This document shows, piece after piece, positions 55,930 through 64,000 of a stretch of DNA of 64,000 nt; the first letter of the stretch is position 1, and each line of letters opens with the position of its first letter. A program made the translations under genes and the position numbers. Source of the DNA: a virus; IMG/VR virus record IMGVR_UViG_3300033153_016035, positions 32,001 to 96,000 of that record; one strand, given 5' to 3'. Below the pieces are notes generated by a model that saw only the letters and a list, made by a program, of their open reading frames with translations, did not search any database and was not told the DNA's origin.

Positions 55930-55944
55930 CTTCTTTACCCTCCC
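55900..55944. repeat. 45-bp imperfect direct repeat, copy 2
   Basis: Matches 54618-54662. Confidence 0.8.
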
Positions 55945-55951
55945 GTTTTCA

Positions 55952-56389
55952 TTATACTTTAAGCCTAGAGATAACTGCGTAATGCTTTACCATATCCCCT
56001 TCTTGCACGGAGGTGATATTGTAAAAAAAGTGGCGATTGTACTCCTGCGTCTCCTGTTCTAGCATACCAAGCCACAGCATGACGACCTTTACAAAGAACA
56101 GGGGATCGGACAAGTGGTAGAGACCCGGAGTGGACAATACCAAAACGGGGTATGCCTCATATACTTTAGGCTCCAAGTTCTTAAGGTCGTCAGCTATATG
56201 CATAGGGCCGTTGGCACATGGATAACGAAAGATTAGGGCGGGGAGCACCAACCAATTTTTGGGAATTAAATTGGGGTCAAACTTATAAAGGTCCATTTGC
56301 CCCTTACAGTCTTGTTCCCGGTCCCGCCAGACCTGGGTGTCCGGTACCATCTGTATTTCTTCAATTTCTTTCATAGTAGTTCCTTTCAT
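55952..56389 (-). CDS. Hypothetical protein
   Basis: ATGA-coupled ORF. Confidence 0.6.
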   Translation of the reverse strand: MKGTTMKEIEEIQMVPDTQVWRDREQDCKGQMDLYKFDPNLIPKNWLVLPALIFRYPCANGPMHIADDLKNLEPKVYEAYPVLVLSTPGLYHLSDPLFFVKVVMLWLGMLEQETQEYNRHFFYNITSVQEGDMVKHYAVISRLKV

Positions 56390-56643
56390 AATAGTTCCTC
56401 ACATGTTTTACACCATATGGCACTTCCCATTCTCTGTAGGTACAAGTCATGCCCCTTATGTCCTTCCAGCCGCTTTACCCCCTCTTGGTGGTACTGCCAC
56501 TCCACGAGCCTACCGCACAAAAATTCATGGAGAACCTTGTCGAGCTTTCGCCTATTTAGCTCAGGAAACTCCGCGAGAAATTGACTCTCCGTTTCGTTTT
56601 GTGGGGTAAAGACAACAAAGTCACCATCTATGGTCGCTTTCAC
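56386..56643 (-). CDS. Hypothetical protein
   Basis: GTGA-coupled; GGAGG RBS. Confidence 0.55.
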   Translation of the reverse strand: MKATIDGDFVVFTPQNETESQFLAEFPELNRRKLDKVLHEFLCGRLVEWQYHQEGVKRLEGHKGHDLYLQRMGSAIWCKTCEELL

Positions 56644-57371
56644 AGCGGTATGCCCTCCTCCAGCCGTGCCAACATGGTCTTTATCTGGGCCACACCCCCG
56701 GGGGTTTTAAAAGCTTCTCGCGGCGTCATTCCCAAAGGCATACTAAACGTCTCCAGCCACTCCGGGTACGCATCTTTTAAAAGGTACTGTAAACGCTCCA
56801 CTAACTCCATGAAGATCTCCCCGTCAGGCTCTGGAAGCGGCGCGTGGTTAACCAGGAGCCTTGAGAGTTTACTTATAACCTCCCGGTTGTGGAGACACGA
56901 GGGACACAGTAGTGAGGCTCCGGTTTTTTTAGCGCAGGAGGCACACTCTTTAAATTCCATCCAGTGGCCCAGATCTTGACAAGTTGTAGGCTCGGGGTCT
57001 GGTCTGGGGGAGGGGATGAGGGTGATACCTAACGTATCACCCACCTCAAATGGTGTCGTTTCAGTTTTTGATGGTACATTTGGCTCTAACGTGTAGCCGA
57101 AGCTCTCTTCCATAAACTCACACATAACAGAGTGCGGGATAAAGTCCCCTTTCTGTGTCACTAACCCTTTGTTGTAGCAATCTATACATATATAGTGTCC
57201 CTCAACTTTATACTCTAACAGCCTGCATACTTTACAAACGTCACAGTAGAAGTCCCCACGACTGGGCCCCTCCTGTTGTTTCAAACAATCCGGGCATGTC
57301 TTACCCCGAAGCACGTCCGGGGGGAATAAGTTTCTACATATATGGCACATGGAGCCCAACTTTTCAATCAT
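56640..57371 (-). CDS. Multi-CxxC hypothetical protein
   Basis: GAGGAG RBS before ATG 57371; six CxxC motifs. Confidence 0.6.
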   Translation of the reverse strand: MIEKLGSMCHICRNLFPPDVLRGKTCPDCLKQQEGPSRGDFYCDVCKVCRLLEYKVEGHYICIDCYNKGLVTQKGDFIPHSVMCEFMEESFGYTLEPNVPSKTETTPFEVGDTLGITLIPSPRPDPEPTTCQDLGHWMEFKECASCAKKTGASLLCPSCLHNREVISKLSRLLVNHAPLPEPDGEIFMELVERLQYLLKDAYPEWLETFSMPLGMTPREAFKTPGGVAQIKTMLARLEEGIPL

Positions 57372-57634
57372 ATTTTTCTCCTCTTCTTGAATAAATATTT
57401 TAGTTTTGCCCACCACCCAACCGCAATATACTTTGCACGGACTTTTCTGCCGTCGGGTACAGCTTTGGTGGTGAGTTTTAGTACTCCGCAATGGTGACAC
57501 ACATATCCGAACATCATCCCGTCATCCACGCGGGCAGCCAGGCGTCCACAGTGACCACAGATACTGCGCCCCACAAAATAAGCGAGAAGGCGTTTAATCA
57601 TGATTTTCACCATCGAGTCAACTGTTACTTTCAT
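57368..57634 (-). CDS. Small Zn-ribbon protein
   Basis: CGHC...CHHC; AAGGAG RBS. Confidence 0.5.
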   Translation of the reverse strand: MKVTVDSMVKIMIKRLLAYFVGRSICGHCGRLAARVDDGMMFGYVCHHCGVLKLTTKAVPDGRKVRAKYIAVGWWAKLKYLFKKRRKI

Positions 57635-57824
57635 TTAGTTTCTCCTTCATAAGCCATACTGCTGTAAGTATCTCCCGCGAACACACAGGACAGGTTAGTT
57701 TAAGATGGAGGTCGGGCTTCCTTTCCGCCTCCACCACCAACTCTTCTATTACCCATTCTCCATGACACGGTTTGCACTCAGAGACTAACCACGCTCTGAT
57801 GCGCTGTAGTACATTCTGAGACAT
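57618..57824 (-). CDS. Small Zn-ribbon protein
   Basis: MSQNVLQ...CKPC...CPVC. Confidence 0.5.
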   Translation of the reverse strand: MSQNVLQRIRAWLVSECKPCHGEWVIEELVVEAERKPDLHLKLTCPVCSREILTAVWLMKEKLNESNS

Positions 57825-57846
57825 AACCTTCCAACCCCCAAACGGC

Positions 57847-58149
57847 CTACACTTCCTCCAGCACAATTTCACCCACAAGGGAAAAAAAGTATGTTTTTTT
57901 ACGCAGTGGGCACTTCGCTGTATTACACATACACCGCTTCTTGTCCCCTGAAAACTCCATTGCCCGTAGGCACACAGGACAAAAAACCGCTGACACTGCC
58001 ACATGCCCTGAGGTTTTAACCGGGGTCTTGGAGGCGGGGATATTGCGACACCGTTTACATGTGGGGCGGCCGCACAGCGACTGGAACGTCTCATTTTCCG
58101 GTATTGTTCTACCGCAGCTACTACACTCCGGAGGGGTTCTCCACTCCAT
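57847..58149 (-). CDS. Cys-rich hypothetical protein
   Basis: AAGGAGG upstream; several CxxC motifs. Confidence 0.55.
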   Translation of the reverse strand: MEWRTPPECSSCGRTIPENETFQSLCGRPTCKRCRNIPASKTPVKTSGHVAVSAVFCPVCLRAMEFSGDKKRCMCNTAKCPLRKKTYFFSLVGEIVLEEV

Positions 58150-58156
58150 TACCACT

Positions 58157-58366
58157 TTACACCTCCTTATGCCGTCCGGCGGCCATGCAAGCCCCGCACA
58201 CAACGATAGTGGCGGACTCTGACCCAATCTCTTCCGGAATAGGGTCCGCTGTGGTAAACTCATATCTAACAAAGCAGTCCCCCCGATCGTCGGTAAGTAC
58301 TGTCCTGGTATCTGTCCACATCTTACCGCAGCAAACACACAGCCGTAAATTCCACCTGGCCATCAC
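58157..58366 (-). CDS. Small Cys-containing protein
   Basis: Coupled to the stop of the upstream gene. Confidence 0.5.
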   Translation of the reverse strand: MMARWNLRLCVCCGKMWTDTRTVLTDDRGDCFVRYEFTTADPIPEEIGSESATIVVCGACMAAGRHKEV

Positions 58367-58677
58367 TTTTTATCCGTCTGCAACACACCCCGCTTCTCGC
58401 GATCCATCTTCCTCTTTTCGAGCCACAACCGCGCTTCTTCGAGCTTGGTTATAACAAGGTCGGTTTCGCGAGAAGGGATTAGGGTATTGTAATGTTGATG
58501 CAGCTCTATTACAAAGTCCACTAAATGGGTGGGGAAACACCCGGTGGTGGACCCCTTTTCCTTGGGGTGGCCCACCTGAAGTTGGCAGGTTAATTTCCCG
58601 TTTTCAAATGTGATGGCCTCGTGAATGTCCTGGCCTACTGTGTTAAGTGCCCCAAGTTTTTCTGCTACTGTTAACAT
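58363..58677 (-). CDS. tad1: Tad1-like (Thoeris anti-defence) signalling-molecule sponge
   Basis: Q.G..KE....G...SRET....TKLEEA.LWL.KR..DR..RGV matches the Tad1 family signature as recalled. Confidence 0.7.
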   Translation of the reverse strand: MLTVAEKLGALNTVGQDIHEAITFENGKLTCQLQVGHPKEKGSTTGCFPTHLVDFVIELHQHYNTLIPSRETDLVITKLEEARLWLEKRKMDREKRGVLQTDKK

Positions 58678-58713
58678 TTTATTTCTCCCTCAAAAAGTAC
58701 TTCTAACATACAT

Positions 58714-59166
58714 TTACTCCCCCGGCCATAAAGCGACTAGCGCAACACTGGACTCCGGCACCTTGGTTATCCGCACGGACACACCGCAGAGGTCGCAAGG
58801 GTCGACTACCAACGTAAGACCCCCATAACTCCGCTCCACCGTGGCTACAGCGCCCTGGGGTATCTTATGTTTACCATTTTCTATGGGTTTTAATAATACC
58901 ACCCTGGCGCCTACCCAATCCTTTTTAAGTTTGGGGTTTTTGGGGCGACCATCTACATTACGGCACGGGCACCAGTTATAGGAGCACTGATCGGAACACT
59001 TACACAAAAGGGTTCCACAGTGCCGACAGCGATCCGCGCACGCGCTACAAACATATTTTAAGCATACAGAACACCGCCCCAAAAACCGCCATTTGTCGCG
59101 TGCCCGTACCCGGCCGCACGCGCAGGAGTGGGTAGGTTTTTTCGGGATGGGTATTTTTTTACTCAC
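58714..59166 (-). CDS. Cys-rich hypothetical protein
   Basis: Dense CxxC N-terminal half. Confidence 0.55.
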   Translation of the reverse strand: MSKKIPIPKKPTHSCACGRVRARDKWRFLGRCSVCLKYVCSACADRCRHCGTLLCKCSDQCSYNWCPCRNVDGRPKNPKLKKDWVGARVVLLKPIENGKHKIPQGAVATVERSYGGLTLVVDPCDLCGVSVRITKVPESSVALVALWPGE

Positions 59167-59182
59167 CGCAGTCCCCTTAACT

Positions 59183-60010
59183 TTATCTGATCTTTAAAAA
59201 TGTAATCGCTGAAATGTCCTTCATTAGAGCCTGTCTATTTTTCTTGAGTTTCCCGTCCCGCAGGAAATTCCACGCCCGCACAACTGTTAGAATCTTAACC
59301 CCTGGCGTCAACTTCCCGGTTTTAGTCACCAGTTGATTCAGCAGTATCTGCCGCAGATACCATATCACGTCCTTTTCCTCCTGGAGCCCGGAATGGAGTT
59401 GGCCAAAAAACCGTTTCGCCTCCTTAGGATCTTTCTTTACCATTTCATGATAAAGGAAAAGCATAACACCACCAGATATGAGTTTAGGGGCTGTCAGCTT
59501 TGCCGTAAATGCGGCTTGACTTTTTAACTCTGGTCTTTGCTCCAAACCGCCCAACACCGCCCTGTTAGCCATAGCGGCTTTCCCTAAATGCCAATAGCGC
59601 CCTTTCGCGTAGCCGTTTATCCAACGTATGGCACTAGAAATGGCTCGACTATGTCTTTTGACCACACCCGCAACAACCAGGACGTCTGCGGCGCTTCGGG
59701 CAAGACCACAATCTATAGTTTGCATGGCCTTTGGATCCATGTTGTACACCACATCGGTTACTACCGCGATGTCCGCCGTAATGATCCCCATTAAGCGGTG
59801 CTGACCGTCCAGAAGGTTACCGAACCAATCGAACTTTATGGGGTTCTCGTCGTACACATACCCTCCCTGTCTGATATCCTCCGCGATCGCCTTATAATAG
59901 GCTGGGCGTATAGTGCGATTGCACTTATTATGGCGTAGCATTTCCCGCGCCCTATCTGGGGTAACAACCACCCCAACCTCGCGGATAATTTCTGGTTTAT
60001 CGTCTGTCAT
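59183..60010 (-). CDS. ParB/Srx-like N-terminal domain protein
   Basis: NR......I.FD..G.LLDGQHRL; TAAGGAG RBS. Confidence 0.7.
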   Translation of the reverse strand: MTDDKPEIIREVGVVVTPDRAREMLRHNKCNRTIRPAYYKAIAEDIRQGGYVYDENPIKFDWFGNLLDGQHRLMGIITADIAVVTDVVYNMDPKAMQTIDCGLARSAADVLVVAGVVKRHSRAISSAIRWINGYAKGRYWHLGKAAMANRAVLGGLEQRPELKSQAAFTAKLTAPKLISGGVMLFLYHEMVKKDPKEAKRFFGQLHSGLQEEKDVIWYLRQILLNQLVTKTGKLTPGVKILTVVRAWNFLRDGKLKKNRQALMKDISAITFLKIR

Positions 60011-60066
60011 AGCGTTTATCTCCTTATAAAGTTGTAATAAAATTTTAACACCTGTTTTTTGGGGGG

Positions 60067-60267
60067 TTACTGCAACTGTGGATTGTGGTCACCGGCAACG
60101 GTTTCCGGTATACAGCCCGCCGTGTACTCCCCAGTTTTTGTGTCGTACTCCACAGAAATTACTCTAAGTACCTGCTCCCCGTGGCATATGTACATAAGCC
60201 TTTGTGGGGGATGGGACATTTCTACTATAATGTCTTCTTTGTCGTTGAGACCTAATTTAACTTTCAT
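60067..60267 (-). CDS. Hypothetical protein
   Basis: ATGA-coupled. Confidence 0.55.
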   Translation of the reverse strand: MKVKLGLNDKEDIIVEMSHPPQRLMYICHGEQVLRVISVEYDTKTGEYTAGCIPETVAGDHNPQLQ

Positions 60268-60488
60268 GCGCCTGACGTCCTTTCTTCGCGTACCTTCCCG
60301 AAAACACTAGATAGAAGACGCTCCCTAAGTGCTTCCTTCACCTCATACTCCGACTGGCCCAGTTTCACATCAGCCGACACCACCGTCGCCGTCGGAAAAT
60401 GCGTCATGCGAATACGTCTGCCTGTTCTCACCGACATCCCGAACGTGTCTATACGCACATCCTTCATCACCGCCCCTCTGTCAAACAT
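60264..60488 (-). CDS. Mini protein resembling class I release-factor domain 3, lacking GGQ
   Basis: DVRIDTF...IRMTHFPTATVVS...SEYEVKEALRERL; AAGGAG RBS. Confidence 0.55.
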   Translation of the reverse strand: MFDRGAVMKDVRIDTFGMSVRTGRRIRMTHFPTATVVSADVKLGQSEYEVKEALRERLLSSVFGKVREERTSGA

Positions 60489-60528
60489 GTCTCTTCTCCT
60501 TTAGTCTAATATGGGTTGGTTGGGTAAT

Positions 60529-61203
60529 TTAACTCTCATAAAATGCATCCAGCGGTTGTACTACCTTAAGCGGCCCATCTACTGCATTAAACGGGCCGTC
60601 CATGACTGTTGAAACAACATTATTTATTACCCCGTCCGGATACTCATACACCGCAACCGAGACAAAGGTTTTACAATCGACGCACTCGTCGCATCCATCC
60701 ATTGTAACCTCCCCCGAGTGGAAGTCCCACATGTATTCGTGTCCCATTCCGCGCTCCGGGCCATCTGCCCCATGCTCAGTCAACTCGAAGTATTCCGGGG
60801 TCAGTGTTAACCTCTGACCACAAGCACTGCACTCCAGTATCAGTTCTCCGTCTAGTTTTATTGTTTCTGAAACATCCTCACAATGTGCCGCCCCGCGTGT
60901 GTCTCTATAAAACCGATCGGCCTCGGCATCGCGTATCTCCAACCACTTCAAGTCCCCTTCCTCGCCAACGCACCCCCCATTTTTTATCACCCACGCTACA
61001 AACCTCTCATTGACGCTTGCCTGTGAAATGTTGCTTCGCACCTTGATCTTAGTCCGGCGCGAGGACATGGATGCGGGCAGGAAAAACTCAAGATATTTCC
61101 AGGTGTCATGTTTCTTTTTTACTTCTGGCACCCCACTCCCCTCAATTTCAATATCAAAAGGATCTGGTTTGCGCTTTACATTTTGTGTCTTGTCCTTATT
61201 CAT
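60529..61203 (-). CDS. Hypothetical protein with Zn ribbon
   Basis: CSACG, ERGMGHE, YEYPDG; GGAG RBS before ATG 61203. Confidence 0.6.
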   Translation of the reverse strand: MNKDKTQNVKRKPDPFDIEIEGSGVPEVKKKHDTWKYLEFFLPASMSSRRTKIKVRSNISQASVNERFVAWVIKNGGCVGEEGDLKWLEIRDAEADRFYRDTRGAAHCEDVSETIKLDGELILECSACGQRLTLTPEYFELTEHGADGPERGMGHEYMWDFHSGEVTMDGCDECVDCKTFVSVAVYEYPDGVINNVVSTVMDGPFNAVDGPLKVVQPLDAFYES

Positions 61204-61210
61204 TTGATTT

Positions 61211-61558
61211 TTACTCCGCTTGTCCGCAAGGGATAGCAAGATAGTCAGCAAACAACTCAACCTTCTGGTATGGCGCACGTCGAAGGAAATCAGCCAAGTT
61301 CCGCACTGTAACCTCTACAAGGACTTTGCCCTTTTCTATGCGGACGACAGTGCCAATAAGCTTCATCTTTATCTGATCCGGCCCCAAGTCAATTACCGCC
61401 AATTCAATCCATTTTGGGTAATGCTTCTCACCCCACTCATCCTTGCGGGTCTTTCTAAGGCTCCGACAGTGAAGGAGGTGTACTCTCTGGTCTTTATTGT
61501 CCTGGGCCGCATAATACATTTCTCGTAATTCACTCCCCGTCATTTTTAATCTCCCCAT
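61211..61558 (-). CDS. Hypothetical protein
   Basis: ORF in tightly packed block. Confidence 0.55.
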   Translation of the reverse strand: MGRLKMTGSELREMYYAAQDNKDQRVHLLHCRSLRKTRKDEWGEKHYPKWIELAVIDLGPDQIKMKLIGTVVRIEKGKVLVEVTVRNLADFLRRAPYQKVELFADYLAIPCGQAE

Positions 61559-61703
61559 CCTCCGGCGTAAGGGGGTTTTCGGTCACTTGATATATAAGAA
61601 CCTCTCTGCACTGCGTACAGATGTAGTGTGCGTAGTGTTCTCCTTTCTTGTCTGTGTTTATGGACAAAATAGTCTGGGGTCCAGTGTGCTTGCATTCTGT
61701 CAT
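61530..61703 (-). CDS. Small hypothetical protein
   Basis: MTECKHTG...CTQC; ATGA-coupled; GGAG RBS. Confidence 0.45.
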   Translation of the reverse strand: MTECKHTGPQTILSINTDKKGEHYAHYICTQCREVLIYQVTENPLTPEDGEIKNDGE

Positions 61704-62080
61704 AAGCTTTCTCCGTCCCGACACCTGTATGACCACCGCCACTCCTCCGGCATTTGTCTTTGTATATTCCCTAGTCCATATCTCTCCAACCAGTATTTCT
61801 GGACCTGATCCTTGCTCACGCCGTAGTGCCGGGCAACTTCTGTCGAAAACAACATGAACCACCCTTGCCAATTTTCAATACCATATTTTCCCGCCAAGTC
61901 CTCATACAGCTCCGGGGTTTCCCCCACCACACCCAACATCTGCTCCACAGTGTCGGGACCGGCAAAGGATTCGTCCTCTTCCTTTCGCCAATCTGCTCGC
62001 TTAGCATCGCTCGGCACCGCTGCCGGAAATTCATAAACTTTATCACCGGACCTAAACTTTATCGTGGGAGCATTCCACAT
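61700..62080 (-). CDS. Hypothetical protein
   Basis: GGAGG RBS. Confidence 0.6.
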   Translation of the reverse strand: MWNAPTIKFRSGDKVYEFPAAVPSDAKRADWRKEEDESFAGPDTVEQMLGVVGETPELYEDLAGKYGIENWQGWFMLFSTEVARHYGVSKDQVQKYWLERYGLGNIQRQMPEEWRWSYRCRDGESL

Positions 62081-62333
62081 TTATCTTCCTCCACCGCAAT
62101 TTTAAACTTTTTTACCCGTCAATCGGCGCTCGATCTTACGTACCGCATTTTCAAGCGCCAGTAGTTTGTCACACATATTGTCGCTCCGGTCGCAGGTCCA
62201 TCTCACCGCCCACTTTCTATCCTATTGTCCACCACAACCTCGCTCTTTTTCATATCATCATTCATTTACATTACCCCATAAATTCGAGTAACTTTAAAAG
62301 CTTCATTTTCAAAATTAGAAAATCTTTTTGATC

Positions 62334-62576
62334 CTAAAGGAAATTGGAGTACAAATTGGGGATATTTACTTTGTACTCGGACTTTTTTGTATATCTCCGT
62401 AGAAGGGGAATTTCCTTCCTGTTTTTGGAGACTGCCCACCGCTTACACTCCACGATGACTCCCGTTTGACTGCTTTGAAGAAGATACATCACCTCATCGG
62501 GATCTTCACCCCGGCGCTTGCACCGCTCCAAAGCAGCATCCTTACAAATATCTATAGACATTTTATATCTAAACAT
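62334..62576 (-). CDS. Hypothetical protein
   Basis: AAGGAG RBS before ATG 62576. Confidence 0.55.
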   Translation of the reverse strand: MFRYKMSIDICKDAALERCKRRGEDPDEVMYLLQSSQTGVIVECKRWAVSKNRKEIPLLRRYTKKSEYKVNIPNLYSNFL

Positions 62577-62599
62577 ATTTTCTCCTTTTAATTGACGGT

Positions 62600-63046
62600 T
62601 TACCTGTCCCCCGATAATACCCAATTTATAATGCAGTTAAGCCACTTATCCTCTGACTCCCCGCAACCGTCGAGCTGTGCGTTATGCGCGGACTCGGTTA
62701 TGATGTATTCGATGCATTCCTGATACTGCTTTCGGATAGCCTCCGAAAACATCGCCTCCACACGCGCCACCATTAAGAATCTGAAAGACACAACTTGGAT
62801 TAGTTTCTCCGGCTCCGTTATTAGTAATAACTCTTCGATGCGTTCCGCTGCGACACGGATGGCTAGAATGAATAAATCCACCTTACCCTTAAAATAATAG
62901 TGGACTGTGTTTGGGGTAACGCTCGCTTCTTCTGCTATTTGGTGGATAGAGGCATTGTACCCCACATTTGCTATTGCTACAACCATTCCTAGGGCGATCT
63001 TCCACTTGGTCTGTTCGATCGTCACCTCTGTTTTTATTTCAGTCAT
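62600..63046 (-). CDS. TetR/AcrR-family transcriptional regulator
   Basis: GYNASIHQIAEEASVTPNTVHYYFKGKVDL. Confidence 0.8.
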   Translation of the reverse strand: MTEIKTEVTIEQTKWKIALGMVVAIANVGYNASIHQIAEEASVTPNTVHYYFKGKVDLFILAIRVAAERIEELLLITEPEKLIQVVSFRFLMVARVEAMFSEAIRKQYQECIEYIITESAHNAQLDGCGESEDKWLNCIINWVLSGDR

Positions 63047-63096
63047 CTATTTTCTCCTTTTTTAGTTGAAGCGGCAGACGTCTGCCGGTTTGCCCG

Positions 63097-63360
63097 CTAA
63101 TCCCCGTCTAACTTTTTAACAGTAATGGGACCGCGCTTTACTTGTTTTACACAGTGAGGACATATGTCGGTGGAAACCAGTACTTCTTCCCTGGTAGCCT
63201 CCCGTAGCACCTCACATGCCGCCAAAGTCATAAAACGTGTATGCGCACATATACTTAAATGAATCCTTTGCCATGCTGATGTGCTGTGTGACGTGGCTGC
63301 CTTAGTAAAAAGGTGGTTTATTCCAGATTCTGATTTGCCCACTATAAAAATCTCAGACAC
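63097..63360 (-). CDS. Hypothetical protein
   Basis: AAGGAG RBS before GTG 63360. Confidence 0.5.
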   Translation of the reverse strand: MSEIFIVGKSESGINHLFTKAATSHSTSAWQRIHLSICAHTRFMTLAACEVLREATREEVLVSTDICPHCVKQVKRGPITVKKLDGD

Positions 63361-63778
63361 CAGTTTTCTCCTTGATATTCTCAACCCTAACATAACCCGC
63401 TGCTTGATATGTTATCTTCTGATTTACTGTCTTTCGAGATATTATGATAGTGGAACCACACCCGGGACAAGTCACCAGCGTCTCAATTTTTTCTGGAATG
63501 TCCGGGAATATTGGGGGATTTGTTGTCGGTATGATTTTTTTACAAACTGGACACCCTACTCCCTCCGCATCCCCAGATTCTTCCAGACAATGTACAAGAT
63601 GTGTGCGATTTGTCTTTATCTTCCTCTTTTTATGCTCCGGTATTGGGATGAACCTAAATGCGAGTCCGTCACCCCCCACTTTTAAATTTATTTCAGGGGG
63701 ATTTTCCATTTGTTCATCAGATAATTTGACTTTTATTAAAAGGGTATTATCCTCAATTTTATATGTGGGAATTGTCAT
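63353..63778 (-). CDS. Zn-ribbon hypothetical protein
   Basis: CPVC...CPGC; AGGA RBS. Confidence 0.6.
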   Translation of the reverse strand: MTIPTYKIEDNTLLIKVKLSDEQMENPPEINLKVGGDGLAFRFIPIPEHKKRKIKTNRTHLVHCLEESGDAEGVGCPVCKKIIPTTNPPIFPDIPEKIETLVTCPGCGSTIIISRKTVNQKITYQAAGYVRVENIKEKTGV

Positions 63779-64000
63779 ATCTTTTTTCCTAAATGTATGT
63801 TTTCAAACTTGCGGTCGTGGTACAGGTTTTTTGGCTGCGCCTCTGCGAGCCCCTATGATAGGGGTTTATGTGGTAATTTGCTTGCCTACAAATAAGTTCT
63901 AGTATCAAACAGGGGTTTTCATATTTTTGGCGTTTTGGACCATACCACGTATAGAGTAGAGAAAAATCCCAAAAATGAAAAACCCCGAAGATTTCAAAAA

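Noticed and set aside
1-64000. Stop-codon reassignment (alternative genetic code)
   Set aside because: Conserved genes are full length under the standard code, and TAA, TAG and TGA all end genes at tight junctions.

Overview
This is a 64-kb piece of a large contractile-tailed dsDNA phage with T4-like (myovirus) morphogenesis genes. It uses the standard genetic code, host sigma70-type promoters and GGAG ribosome-binding sites. It has three transcriptional blocks. (1) 1-37.7 kb, minus strand: a virion operon with tape measure (running off the left edge), tail chaperone, tube, sheath, tail terminator, fibre-like proteins, neck proteins, major capsid protein, fused prohead protease-scaffold and about 16 kb of large putative head-internal proteins. 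(2) 37.9-49.3 kb, plus strand: an HTH gene, then a near-consensus sigma70 promoter reading into about 1.8 kb without credible ORFs but dense in base-paired structure. That region holds a ~620-nt end-paired RNA, a ~220-nt RNA, pseudoknots and tRNA-like elements lacking an anticodon arm. It is followed by about 20 small genes separated by ~14 sequence-variable, geometry-fixed hairpin elements. (3) 49.3-64 kb, minus strand: accessory genes including a RusA-like resolvase, a DEDDh exonuclease, Acb1-like and Tad1-like anti-defence proteins, an apparently inserted circularly permuted C5 methyltransferase, ParB-like, TetR-like and GGQ-less release-factor-like proteins. The strongest novelty candidates are the ncRNA cluster and the fixed-geometry intergenic hairpin array. 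All calls come from reading the sequence by eye and recalling family motifs; no searches or folding programs were run.
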